Of a stretch of 64,000 nt of DNA, positions 9,983 through 19,178 are shown piece by piece. The number at the start of each line of letters is the position of its first letter. The stretch's first letter is position 1. This DNA is from Candidatus Caccalectryoclostridium excrementigallinarum. Lineage in GTDB: Bacteria > Bacillota > Clostridia > Christensenellales > UBA3700. Below the pieces are notes generated by a model, which saw only the letters and a program-made list of their open reading frames with translations, did not search any database and was not told the DNA's origin. Location: the NCBI GenBank assembly GCA_018714485.1, contig DVNJ01000032.1, positions 4,135 through 68,134 on the forward strand, given 5' to 3'. The position numbers were made by a program, and so were the translations under genes.

Positions 9983-10594
9983 ATGAAATATTATATCGTT
10001 GGCGCGAGCGATTTCGCGCGGGAAAAATTCAAGCCCGAAGAGGATGCGTTCGTCATCGCCGCGGACGCGGGCGTGCTGTATACGGGCGAACGGGCGGATC
10101 TCGCGATCGGCGATTGGGATTCGCTCTTTCGCGTCCCCGAAGGGGTGAAGACGGTGACCCTGCCCGTGGCGAAAGACCATACGGACACGGGCGAGGCGAT
10201 AGACTACGCGCTCTCACACGGGGCGGAGGAGATAGTCCTCTTCGGCGCGAGCGGGGGCAGGACGGATCATTATCTCGCCAACTTGCAGTATCTCGTCACC
10301 ATCGCGGACGCGGGAGTCAAGGCGAGCATGGTCTGCCCCGACTGCGTCATTTATGCCATGGCGGAAGGGGAGAGAGAGTTTGAGGGCAGAGGTAAGACGC
10401 TCTCGCTCATTCCCATGCGCGAGCGGGTCGAGGTGAGCATAAGCGGCGTGAGATACCCGCTCAAAAAAAGGCTCATGCCGAGCGACAATCCCGGGTTGGG
10501 GGTGAGCAACGTCATCGAGGAAAAGTGCGCCCGCGTCACCGTCCACGAGGGGATAGTTTTGGTGATAGTGAATGATAAAGTGTGCGGTGTTTGA
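9983..10594 (+). CDS. thiN: thiamine diphosphokinase
   Basis: GDWDS motif, about 200 aa, TPK catalytic plus B1-binding domain pattern. Confidence 0.85.
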   Translation: MKYYIVGASDFAREKFKPEEDAFVIAADAGVLYTGERADLAIGDWDSLFRVPEGVKTVTLPVAKDHTDTGEAIDYALSHGAEEIVLFGASGGRTDHYLANLQYLVTIADAGVKASMVCPDCVIYAMAEGEREFEGRGKTLSLIPMRERVEVSISGVRYPLKKRLMPSDNPGLGVSNVIEEKCARVTVHEGIVLVIVNDKVCGV

Positions 10595-11234
10595 TCTTGA
10601 CGGGACCTTGCTCGACACGCTGGGCGATCTGAGCGCGGCGGTCAATTTTTCCCTGCGCTCTTTGGGCAGGAGGGAGCATTCCGAAGAAGAGGTGAGGGGC
10701 ATGATCGGCGACGGGGTGAGAAAGCTGATAGAGCGCGCGCTCCCGCCCGAGGACATCGCGCTCACAGACGAAGCCCTCGCCCTTTTCAAGCAATATTACG
10801 AAAGTCATATCTGCGTGCATACGCGCCCTTATCCGGGGATAAAAGAGCTGCTCGCTGCCCTGCGCTCCGAGGGGATCAAGACAGCCGTTTTGACCAACAA
10901 GCACGAGCGCGCGGCGCGGCTTTTGACGGACGAATTTTTCCCCTCTCTCTTTGACGCCGTGCGCGGCGGCAGGGAAGGAGTGAGGTTAAAGCCCTTTCCC
11001 GACGCCCTTTGCGCGCTTTTGAGCGAGCTTGACGTGCCCTGCAAGAGGGCGGTGATGATCGGCGACAGCGCGGGCGACATTCTCACGGCAAAGGCGGCGG
11101 GGGCGCACGGCGCGGGAGCGGCGTGGGGATACCGTTCCCCCGCCGAACTTAAAGAGGCGGGCGCGGAGTTTATCGCCGAAAACGCGGGCGAGCTGAAAGA
11201 ATATCTTCTCGGCAGCGGCAAAATTTTTTCTTGA
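10572..11234 (+). CDS. HAD family hydrolase (phosphoglycolate phosphatase-like)
   Basis: DLDGTLLDT motif I, LTNK motif II, GDSAGD motif IV. Confidence 0.85.
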   Translation: MIKCAVFDLDGTLLDTLGDLSAAVNFSLRSLGRREHSEEEVRGMIGDGVRKLIERALPPEDIALTDEALALFKQYYESHICVHTRPYPGIKELLAALRSEGIKTAVLTNKHERAARLLTDEFFPSLFDAVRGGREGVRLKPFPDALCALLSELDVPCKRAVMIGDSAGDILTAKAAGAHGAGAAWGYRSPAELKEAGAEFIAENAGELKEYLLGSGKIFS

Positions 11235-11283
11235 ATTTTTTCGCGCGGCGTGGTAAAATTAAAGACGGTAAGGAGAGAAAGTT

Positions 11284-11622
11284 ATGAAAATGGTTTGGGC
11301 GATCTTGAGAAAAGAAGACGAGGAGACGACCACGCACGCGCTCAACGACAACGGCTTCGTGGTCACCAAGCTCGCCACGACGGGCGCGTTTTTGCGCAAG
11401 AAGAACGTGACGCTGCTCATCGGCACCGAGGACGAAAAGGTGGAGAAAGTCATCGAGCTGCTGCGCTCGCACGCGGGCAAACGCAGTAAGGTCATCTATG
11501 CGCCGCCTTCGGTCGCTCCCGGGCTGGTCTATGCGGGCGCCAATTCCATGGTCCCCATCAACGAGACTATCGGCGGAGCCACGGTCTTTGTCATGGACGT
11601 GGACAGGTATTGCAAGATTTGA
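11284..11622 (+). CDS. cyclic-di-AMP receptor family protein (YaaQ/DUF970)
   Basis: 112 aa. FVVTKLATTGAFLRKKNVTLLIG and GGATVFVMDV fit the YaaQ family. Confidence 0.7.
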   Translation: MKMVWAILRKEDEETTTHALNDNGFVVTKLATTGAFLRKKNVTLLIGTEDEKVEKVIELLRSHAGKRSKVIYAPPSVAPGLVYAGANSMVPINETIGGATVFVMDVDRYCKI

Positions 11623-12230
11623 ACAAGCTCGATTTCAACAAGATAATGATCGAAAGACTGAGCGGCTTTGAAGAAAAGCCGCGTCTTTTATTGCATAGCT
11701 GCTGCGCGCCCTGCTCCTCGCATTGCCTGAGCGTGCTCGCGCCGATTGCCAAGGTGAGCGTGCTTTATTTCAACCCCAACATCTATCCGCGCGAGGAATA
11801 CGAAAAGCGCAAGAGCGAGCAAAAGCGGCTGATAGAGAGCGTTTTTCCCGAGGCGGAGCTTTTGGACGCCGACTATGACCACGACGCCTTTCTGCGTGCC
11901 GCGGCGGGGCTCGAAGGGGAGCGCGAAGGGGGAGGAAGATGCGAAAAGTGTTTTCGGCTGCGCCTTGAAAGGGCGGCGCGGGAGGCAAAGGCGGGCGGCT
12001 TCGACCTCTTTGCCACCACTCTCACGGTCAGCCCGCATAAGAACGCGCCCCTCATCAACGCGATCGGGCTCGAAGAGGGAGAGAAGGCGGGAGTTGAGTT
12101 TCTGCCTTCCGATTTCAAGAAGAGGGACGGCTATCTTCATTCAATCCGCCTGAGCGAAAAATATGCGCTCTACCGCCAAAATTACTGCGGATGCGAGTTT
12201 TCGCTCGATATTGACAACAAAAAGTTATAA
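11610..12230 (+). CDS. queH: epoxyqueuosine reductase QueH
   Basis: DUF208 signature cysteines (LLHSCCAPCSS ... NYCGCEFS). Confidence 0.85.
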   Translation: MQDLNKLDFNKIMIERLSGFEEKPRLLLHSCCAPCSSHCLSVLAPIAKVSVLYFNPNIYPREEYEKRKSEQKRLIESVFPEAELLDADYDHDAFLRAAAGLEGEREGGGRCEKCFRLRLERAAREAKAGGFDLFATTLTVSPHKNAPLINAIGLEEGEKAGVEFLPSDFKKRDGYLHSIRLSEKYALYRQNYCGCEFSLDIDNKKL

Positions 12231-12286
12231 CCCCCATATAAAATCCTTAACCTATGCGCTCAAAGCGGCTTTGTGCCGCCGTTTGA

Positions 12287-12316
12287 TTGACACGCTTTCG
12301 GGAAAAAATATATAAT
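12287..12316 (+). promoter_or_regulatory. sigma-A type promoter (TTGACA-18-TATAAT)
   Basis: TTGACAcgctttcgggaaaaaataTATAAT, about 55 nt upstream of the ATPase ATG. Confidence 0.5.
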
Positions 12317-12370
12317 TTGGACATAAAGCGAAAAATATCGACGCGCCGCAAGGCAGGTCGAGAGGTTGAT

Positions 12371-14965
12371 ATGGGACGTTGGTCTGAACTGAAATTATTG
12401 AAGGCACGCAACAAGAAAAAAGAGGGGAGCCGCAGTCATAAGAATGCGGAGAGATTTTCTCCCGATATCCGCGTAGGGCTTGTCCCCGAGCAGGTCGCGC
12501 AGAGGGCGGAGGAGAACCTCGTCAACATCAAGCCCATCAACAGGGCGAAATCTTATCCCCGCATAATTTTCGAAAACATCTTCAGCTTTTGCAATATCGT
12601 GACGCTCTTTTTGATGATCCTGCTCGTGTGTATCGGCGCGGCGGATTATGCGCTCTCTTCCTCGATAATCATCATCAGCATGGCGATCGGCATGATCCAG
12701 GAGATCAAGGCGAAGAGATCGGTCGAAAAGCTCTCGCTCACCGTCGAATCCACCTGTAAGGTGATCCGCGGCGGAGAGCAGAGCGAGATCTCCACGAAAG
12801 AGCTTGTGCTCGACGATGTCTATCTCGCCGAGGCGGGCGCGCAGGTGCCCGTGGACAGCGTCGTCGCCGAAGGCTATGTCGAGGTGGACGAATCCATCCT
12901 GACGGGCGAAGCCGTTCCCGTCAGGCGCAGGGAAGGAGAGAACATCTATGCCGGCAGCATTGTCATGGAAGGGCAGGCGGTCGTGAGAGCGGATAGAGTG
13001 GGCAAGGATTGCTATATCGAAAGTATCGCCCGCGCCGCGCGCAAGGTGGAACGCCCCAAGTCGAGGATATTCACTTCCATCAACAATTTCATCAAGGTGG
13101 CGACGGTGATCCTCGCCGTGCTCGCCGTGATCCTGACCGTCTCTCAGCGCCTCGCCGCCGAGTCTAACGATTGGGGGAGCTGGAAGCAGACGATCATCAC
13201 AGTCTCTTCGAGCATAATCGGCATGATCCCCGTGGGAATGTTCGTGATGATGTCCACGGCGCTCGCCGTCTCCGTGCTGCGCCTTTCCAAGCACAGCGCC
13301 CTGCCGCAAGACCTTTACGGCGTGGAGATGCTCGCGCGCGTCGACACGCTGCTTTTGGACAAGACGGGGACGATCACCAGCGGCGAACTCGAAGTCGTGG
13401 ACGTGAAGACGCTCGCCGAATGCCCCGTGGAGCTTAAAGACCTCATGTGCACTTTCAGCGAGGCGACCAAGGACAAAAAGTCCACGGCGCGCGCCTTGGA
13501 TAAAAAATTCGAGGGAGGGAAGATACTTTCCTTCACGGACGCGCTCTCTTTTTCTTCCGAACGTAAGTATAGCGCCGTGACGCTCGAGGGCGGAGATTCC
13601 TATCTTTTGGGCGCGCCCGAATATGTGACGGCTCTCTCCGCCGAGGCGAAGAGCTTTCTCTCCGAGCAGGCGCAAAAGGGGAGAAGGAGCGTGCTTTTGG
13701 CGAGGTTCGAGGGCGCGATAAGCGACGCCCTGCCCGAAAAGACTGCGCCCCTTTGCATCTTCATTCTCGAAGACAAGCTGCGCACGGACGTGAGGAGCAC
13801 GCTCGCGTGGTTTTATCAAAACGACGTGGACGTGAAGATAATTTCCGGCGACGATCCCGAAACGGTCGCCAACATCGCCGAAAAGACGGGCGTTTACAAC
13901 GCGGAAAAGTGGGTCAACTGCCGCGGTCTTTCCGCAAAGCAGCTCGAGGAAAAGGCGGAAGAGGCGGTGGTCTTCGGGCGCGTTTCGCCCGACCAGAAAC
14001 GCGACATCGTGCGCTCCTTGCAGAAAAAGGGCAGGACGGTGGGCATGATCGGCGACGGCGTCAACGACGTCAAGGCGCTCAGGGAAAGCGACTGCTCCAT
14101 CTCCTTCGCCTCGGCGAACGAGGTCGCGCGCAACATCTCGCGCATCATCCTCACGGACAACGATTTCGGAACGCTGCCCGTGATAGTCAACGAGGGCAGG
14201 TCGGTCATCGGCAACATCGAAAAGGTCTCCGCCCTCTATATCATGAAGAACATCGCCATTATGGTCCTCACGCTGGCGTTCGCCATCGCGGGCTTTATCG
14301 ACCCTACGATCAGTTACCCGCTCAGCACCAAGCAGCTTTTGCTCATCGAGTTCTTCGTCATCGGCGTGCCTTCGCTCGCCTTTGCCATGAAGAAGGGGAA
14401 CGCGCGGCGCGTTACGGGCAACTTTATGCGCAATGTGCTGAAAAACGCGCTGCCCGCGTCGCTGGCGCTCATCGCCGCCGTGGCGATAGCCTATCCTCTC
14501 GGAAAGGCGGGCGTGTTCGCCTCGACGGACGAGGCGTATGTGGTCTCGATCACGGGAATGGCGCTCTCCTTCACGGGCTTTGCCTGCCTGCTCGTCATCT
14601 CCATGCCGCCCGACAAGTTCAGGTTGGCGGTGACGGGAGTCATGTTCGGCGTGGCGATCGCCGCCATCTATGCGGATTATCATCTCATCGGCTCGTGGCT
14701 GGGCGCGGACGAGACCTTCCTCGGCATGGTCCCGCTCTCGGCGGCTGCGGACGCGGGCTGGATCGCGCTCGCCGCCGTTGCGGGTCTGGCGGTCGAGCTG
14801 GCGGCTATGGTTGCCGCGCGCGCCGTGGAACGCCGCTGGGGCGCGAAGTTGGACGAAAAGCTGCTTGAAGCGCAAAACAGGCTGCGCGCCTCACGCGAGC
14901 GCGTGCGCGAAAAGCTCAAGCAAAAGAGCGAGCAAAAGCAGCAGAAAAAGCAAGAGAAAAAGTGA
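12371..14965 (+). CDS. cation-translocating P-type ATPase (HAD-IC family)
   Basis: DKTGTIT phosphorylation motif, GDGVNDV hinge, about 10 TM. The TM4 motif is IPVGM (not PEGL or CPC). K/Q/E-rich C-terminal tail. Confidence 0.9.
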   Translation: MGRWSELKLLKARNKKKEGSRSHKNAERFSPDIRVGLVPEQVAQRAEENLVNIKPINRAKSYPRIIFENIFSFCNIVTLFLMILLVCIGAADYALSSSIIIISMAIGMIQEIKAKRSVEKLSLTVESTCKVIRGGEQSEISTKELVLDDVYLAEAGAQVPVDSVVAEGYVEVDESILTGEAVPVRRREGENIYAGSIVMEGQAVVRADRVGKDCYIESIARAARKVERPKSRIFTSINNFIKVATVILAVLAVILTVSQRLAAESNDWGSWKQTIITVSSSIIGMIPVGMFVMMSTALAVSVLRLSKHSALPQDLYGVEMLARVDTLLLDKTGTITSGELEVVDVKTLAECPVELKDLMCTFSEATKDKKSTARALDKKFEGGKILSFTDALSFSSERKYSAVTLEGGDSYLLGAPEYVTALSAEAKSFLSEQAQKGRRSVLLARFEGAISDALPEKTAPLCIFILEDKLRTDVRSTLAWFYQNDVDVKIISGDDPETVANIAEKTGVYNAEKWVNCRGLSAKQLEEKAEEAVVFGRVSPDQKRDIVRSLQKKGRTVGMIGDGVNDVKALRESDCSISFASANEVARNISRIILTDNDFGTLPVIVNEGRSVIGNIEKVSALYIMKNIAIMVLTLAFAIAGFIDPTISYPLSTKQLLLIEFFVIGVPSLAFAMKKGNARRVTGNFMRNVLKNALPASLALIAAVAIAYPLGKAGVFASTDEAYVVSITGMALSFTGFACLLVISMPPDKFRLAVTGVMFGVAIAAIYADYHLIGSWLGADETFLGMVPLSAAADAGWIALAAVAGLAVELAAMVAARAVERRWGAKLDEKLLEAQNRLRASRERVREKLKQKSEQKQQKKQEKK

Positions 14966-14971
14966 GAAAGG

Positions 14972-14996
14972 AGCCGCCCGTTCGGGGCGGCTTTTT
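14972..14996 (+). terminator. intrinsic terminator
   Basis: AGCCGCCC-GTTC-GGGGCGGCT followed by TTTTT. Confidence 0.7.
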
Positions 14997-15076
14997 CCCG
15001 CCCGCCGCGCCTTGACAAAAAGCGCTCTCTTTCGGCTCAAAAAGTCAAATATCAAAATTTTCGACGGGGCGGCGCG

Positions 15077-15085
15077 TGGTAAAAT
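15077..15085 (+). promoter_or_regulatory. extended -10 element (TGgTAAAAT) 6 nt upstream of the spoIIE ATG
   Basis: TGGTAAAATgcgcttATG. No Shine-Dalgarno visible. Confidence 0.35.
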
Positions 15086-15091
15086 GCGCTT

Positions 15092-17341
15092 ATGAAAAGC
15101 CTTTCTGCCGTGCAAAAGATCGGCGCGTTTTTGCTCGCCTTCGCGCTCTTTTATCTCTTGGGGCTGGCAAAGGCGGCGCCCGACATGGCTCCGCTCTCGA
15201 TCGGGCTTTACTGCGCGCTCATCTATTGCAGGAAAAATTATTTCGCCGTGTCGATAGCCTTTATCGGCGGCGTCTGCGCGGCGGGACACGACCTCATCTC
15301 GCTCATCGACGCTTGCAGCGCCGCGCTCGTTTTCGGCGTCGCGCTCGCCATACATTTCAAAGCCGCCCTGCCGCTGAGGATAGCCCACGCCGCCATTTAC
15401 GCCTTTCTCTCCATGCTCCCGCGCTTTTTCCTCGGGCTGTTTTTGCACGGGATAGTCCTTCAAGGGGTATGCTTTCTCGTGGTCAACACTGTCTTTTGCA
15501 TCTGCGCCTGCATAGGTCTTTACGCCTTTTTCGTGCGCGGGACGGGCACGGGGCTTGCCTATGACGAAACGCTCGGGTTGCTGCTGCTCGCGGCGGGCTT
15601 GGGGCTGGGGGCGTATCAAGCCGAGCTTTGGGGATACAGACCCTTTTTCACCGTGCTCTGCGCGCTCTGCTGCGCGGGGGCGTACGCCTTTCCGCCGCTC
15701 GCGGGAGCGGGGATATGCGCCTCCTTCGCCTTGGGCGGAGCCACGGCGACGGGGGAGGCGGGGATCTTGGGCGCGGCGGTCGCGATCTGGGCGGGCGGCG
15801 CGCTTTTCAGCGGGCAGGGAAAGTGGTTTTGCGCGCTCGCCTGCGAGGGCGTCTATCTGCTCTCGGGATACGTCCTTCATGCCTTTGAATATTTCGACAC
15901 GTTGAATATCTGCTTGGCGTCGGCGGGGATCGCGGCGGTGGCGCTCGTTCCCTCCTCGCTGCTCAAAGGCTTGGGGAAAAGGCTGTTCCCGCCCGCTTAT
16001 TCCGCCGCGCTTTACGCCGCGGAGCGGGAGAGGCGCGAACTTTTCGACAAGTTAGGCGGCAGCGCTCGCCTCTTTCTCTCCATGGCGCAGGAATTCGAAA
16101 AGCAGGCGCCAGAAAAGCCCAAAGTAAAGAGCGTTTGCGCGGACGTGGCGGCAAAGGTATGCGCGCGCTGTAAGGAGCGGGAAAAATGCCTCGATCTCGC
16201 GGGCGAGCAGGCTTTCGAACGGGCGGCGGAGAGGGCGCTTGAGGGAAAGGAGACGGACGCGGAGGACCTGCCCCTCTTCATCATCGGCAAGTGCGCGGGG
16301 CTCGACGAACTGCTTCAAGCGTTTTCCGCCTCCGCCCGCGCCGCCGAGAGGGCGGAGAAGAGGCGGGAGACGGCGCAGGAGAACGGCAGGGCGATCGCCG
16401 CGCAGATGAGGGGCATGGCGGCGGTCTTGGGCAGGCTCGCCACGAGCATAAGCCGCGTGGGCGGCGGGGACGAGCGGGCGGCGCGCGAACTGATAAGCGA
16501 GCTAGGATACGTCAACGTGGTCTGTCGGGCGGCGGCGGTGACGGGGAGCGGACAGGAGCTGAAAGTCACGCTCAGGCTGCGCGAGGGGGACGAGGAGAAG
16601 AAAGCCGTGGAAAAGGTGGTCTCGCGGCTGATGAAGAAAAAGATGGCGCTGCGCGAATGCGTGCGCGGAGAAGGGACGGCGACGCTCGTGTTCGCGCCCG
16701 CTCCCGCCTATATGCTCGCCTGCGGGAGCGCGGGCTGCGTCAAGGAAGGGAGCAACCGCGCGGGCGACGTGAGCGCGGTGACGGACGTGGGCGAGGGCAT
16801 GGTCTTGGCGTCCGTGTGCGACGGCATGGGCAGCGGCGGCGAGGCGGCGGAGGAGAGCAGGGCTTGCCTCGACATGCTGGAAAATTTCTGCCGCTGCGGC
16901 TTTGAGAAAGGTTCGGTCCCCGCGCTCATCAACAAGTTTCTCGCCCTGCGCGGCGGGGAGAGATTCTGCGCGCTCGACGCCTGCCTCATCGACCTTTGCG
17001 AGGGGACGGCGGAGTTTGTCAAGTTGGGCGCGGTGGAGAGCTTTTTGCTGCGCGAAGGGACGGTCAGGACTATCCGCGGCGGCGCGCTCCCCGTGGGCGT
17101 GCTCGATGAGATAACGCCCGTCTATGAAAAGCTGCCGCTCAAAGATGGGGATATGCTGGTCATGGTCAGCGACGGCGTGCTCGACGCGCTCACTCTCCAC
17201 GGCGCGGAATATGCGCTCGAACGCATAGAGGCGCTCAATCCGCAAAAGCTCGCAAACGCGCTGATCGCCGCGGCGAAAAAGTGCGGCGTGAGCGACGACG
17301 CGAGCGTGCTCGCCGTGAGGATACTGGGCCGGGAAGAGTGA
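15092..17341 (+). CDS. spoIIE: stage II sporulation protein E (PP2C phosphatase, polytopic)
   Basis: About 10 N-terminal TM helices plus a C-terminal PP2C domain (VCDGMGSGGEAA, MVSDGVLD). Confidence 0.9.
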   Translation: MKSLSAVQKIGAFLLAFALFYLLGLAKAAPDMAPLSIGLYCALIYCRKNYFAVSIAFIGGVCAAGHDLISLIDACSAALVFGVALAIHFKAALPLRIAHAAIYAFLSMLPRFFLGLFLHGIVLQGVCFLVVNTVFCICACIGLYAFFVRGTGTGLAYDETLGLLLLAAGLGLGAYQAELWGYRPFFTVLCALCCAGAYAFPPLAGAGICASFALGGATATGEAGILGAAVAIWAGGALFSGQGKWFCALACEGVYLLSGYVLHAFEYFDTLNICLASAGIAAVALVPSSLLKGLGKRLFPPAYSAALYAAERERRELFDKLGGSARLFLSMAQEFEKQAPEKPKVKSVCADVAAKVCARCKEREKCLDLAGEQAFERAAERALEGKETDAEDLPLFIIGKCAGLDELLQAFSASARAAERAEKRRETAQENGRAIAAQMRGMAAVLGRLATSISRVGGGDERAARELISELGYVNVVCRAAAVTGSGQELKVTLRLREGDEEKKAVEKVVSRLMKKKMALRECVRGEGTATLVFAPAPAYMLACGSAGCVKEGSNRAGDVSAVTDVGEGMVLASVCDGMGSGGEAAEESRACLDMLENFCRCGFEKGSVPALINKFLALRGGERFCALDACLIDLCEGTAEFVKLGAVESFLLREGTVRTIRGGALPVGVLDEITPVYEKLPLKDGDMLVMVSDGVLDALTLHGAEYALERIEALNPQKLANALIAAAKKCGVSDDASVLAVRILGREE

Positions 17342-17434
17342 AATTTTGCCGGTAAATAGGGTGAAAGAGAGGGGAATTTTCCGCATAATATTCATCATAT
17401 TGTATATCGATAAGTAAAATGCCGCGAGAAAAAG

Positions 17435-17478
17435 TTATCCACACAAATATATGTTTATGGGGATAACTTTGGGGATAA
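17435..17478. promoter_or_regulatory. cluster of three DnaA-box-like 9-mers
   Basis: TTATCCACA (17435-17443) on the + strand. TGGGGATAA (= TTATCCCCA on the - strand) at 17458-17466 and 17470-17478. Confidence 0.5.
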
Positions 17479-17519
17479 CTCCCCTTTTTCGGGGCGGGAA
17501 GGGGCAAAAAAACGGATAT

Positions 17520-18209
17520 ATGCGGAAAATAGCGGTGATCTCATCAAAGTGGATAAAGTGTGCGCTCTTTGCGCTTTTGCTCGCGCTCATCGCCGGCGCG
17601 GCGGCGGGCGGCGCGGCGCTTGCGGCGGGGGCGGTCCCTCCCGACGCCGTCGTGGTGCTGGACGCGGGTCACGGCGGCTTTGACGGCGGCGTGGTCGCCG
17701 CGGACGGCTCGACAGAGGCGGAGATCAACCTGCGCATCACCATGCGCGTGAAAAAGCGGCTGGAAGAGGAGAATATCGCGGTCGTGCTCACGCGAACGGA
17801 CGCGAGCGCCTTGGGCGCAAACAAGCGCGAAGACATGCTCGAGCGGGCGCGCATCATCGAGTCTTCGGGCGCGGACGCGGTCATAAGCATTCACGTTAAT
17901 AAATATACATCTCCCTCGCGCCGCGGCGTTCAGGTCTTTTACGGCGACACGGGTACGGGCGGGGCTTTCGCCGCCAAATTGCAGTCTGTCTTCAACACTT
18001 ATCTCAACGAAAAATATTGCGGGCGCTATTATTCCGCCTTGGCGGGGGACTATTTCATCGCCAAATGTTCTTCGATCCCCTCCGTGATCGCCGAATGCGG
18101 CTTTATCTCCAACTCGGAAGATCTCAAACTGCTCAAATCGAGCGCCTACGCCGACGAGATAGCCGAATGCATCGCCCGCTGCGTCAAGAGCGCGGCGGCG
18201 GGCGTTTGA
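17520..18209 (+). CDS. cwlD: N-acetylmuramoyl-L-alanine amidase, CwlD-like
   Basis: Amidase_3 motifs VVLDAGHGGFDGG and SIHVN, N-terminal TM/signal segment, about 230 aa. Confidence 0.8.
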   Translation: MRKIAVISSKWIKCALFALLLALIAGAAAGGAALAAGAVPPDAVVVLDAGHGGFDGGVVAADGSTEAEINLRITMRVKKRLEEENIAVVLTRTDASALGANKREDMLERARIIESSGADAVISIHVNKYTSPSRRGVQVFYGDTGTGGAFAAKLQSVFNTYLNEKYCGRYYSALAGDYFIAKCSSIPSVIAECGFISNSEDLKLLKSSAYADEIAECIARCVKSAAAGV

Positions 18210-18326
18210 GCAGCTTTTTGCCCGCTTGCGCCTTTGCCGAAGGGCGGCGAGGGGCGATCGAGTGCGTGCGCGGAAAAAAAGAGGTGAAAAACGCTTGATA
18301 AACGCTCGCGCGTATGCTATCATAGT

Positions 18327-18641
18327 ATGGCAATCAATATCGGAGGAAGCATAATGTCAAGTGATACGTTCGCACAACTGATGGCTTACTTGCAGCCCAT
18401 ATTCATGATCCTTATGGCGCTGACGGGCATTGCCACGATAGTGCTTATCCTTATGCAGAAGGGAAGCAGCGACAACATATCCGCAATCGGAGGCGGCTCT
18501 TCGGAGACCTATGTGGGTAAGAAGCCCCGCAGCAAGGACCGCAATCTCAAGATCGGTACGGTGATCTGCGGCGTACTGATGGTGCTGTTTTCCATAGGAT
18601 ATTTCGTACTGTTTTTGATATGGGACAGCATGGCGGCGTAA
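18327..18641 (+). CDS. secG: preprotein translocase subunit SecG
   Basis: Small 2-TM protein with LILMQKGSSDNISAIGGG. Located just before smpB. The start could be 18354. Confidence 0.7.
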   Translation: MAINIGGSIMSSDTFAQLMAYLQPIFMILMALTGIATIVLILMQKGSSDNISAIGGGSSETYVGKKPRSKDRNLKIGTVICGVLMVLFSIGYFVLFLIWDSMAA

Positions 18642-18660
18642 CGGCGTGAGAAGTCAGGGC

Positions 18661-18690
18661 GATCCTCCGTGTCAAAGCGGAGGATTTTTT
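18661..18690 (+). terminator. intrinsic terminator
   Basis: GATCCTCCG-tgtcaaag-CGGAGGAT followed by TTTTTT. Confidence 0.7.
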
Positions 18691-18695
18691 GATAT

Positions 18696-19154
18696 ATGGA
18701 CATAAAGGTGATCGACAACAACAAAAAGGCTTTCCACGATTATTTTATCGAGGAGACCTATGAGGCGGGGATAGTGCTCACCGGCGCGGAAGTCAAGTCC
18801 GTGCGCGGCGGGCATATGAGCCTGCGCGACAGCTTTGTCATCTTCAAGGGCGGACAGGCTCTGCTCGTGGGCGCGCATATCAAGCCTTACGAAAAGGGCA
18901 GCTTTTTCAACACGGACGCCAAGCGCACGCGCGTGCTTTTGCTCAACAAGGGCGAGATAAACAAGCTGCGCGGAAAGACGGAAGCGAAGGGTTATACCGT
19001 CGTGCCCACGAGGGCTTATTTCAAGAAAGGGCTGGTCAAAGTGGAAGTGGGGCTCGCCAGGGGCAAGGAAGGTCACGACAAGCGCCGCACGATCGCCGAG
19101 CGCGACGCCAAACGCAATATCGAGCGCACGCTCAAACAATATAACGTAAGATAG
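18696..19154 (+). CDS. smpB: SsrA-binding protein
   Basis: Full-length match to the SmpB pattern (GIVLTGAEVKSVR..., C-terminal basic tail). Confidence 0.95.
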   Translation: MDIKVIDNNKKAFHDYFIEETYEAGIVLTGAEVKSVRGGHMSLRDSFVIFKGGQALLVGAHIKPYEKGSFFNTDAKRTRVLLLNKGEINKLRGKTEAKGYTVVPTRAYFKKGLVKVEVGLARGKEGHDKRRTIAERDAKRNIERTLKQYNVR

Positions 19155-19178
19155 TCCGACCGCGGACGGGAGGTATTT

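Noticed and set aside
12395-14875. Very long antisense ORFs: 826 aa here, 660 aa at 40648..42630, 548 aa at 23199..24845, 513 aa at 35497..37038, 416 aa at 53144..54394
   Set aside because: They lie opposite genes with unambiguous family motifs, are R/G/H-rich with no recognisable motifs, and are the expected stop-poor antisense frames of a GC-rich genome.
17435-17478. Chromosomal replication origin
   Set aside because: Only three boxes are present, with no dnaA/dnaN/rpmH context and no AT-rich unwinding element. It is reported instead as a DnaA-box cluster.
19155-19178. SAM (S-box) riboswitches or T-boxes in front of metY/metA, metF/metH and ileS
   Set aside because: The intergenic regions are too short (24 nt before metY; ileS abuts the upstream gene). 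The 86-nt metF upstream region shows only a promoter (TGCTAAAAT) with no S-box features.
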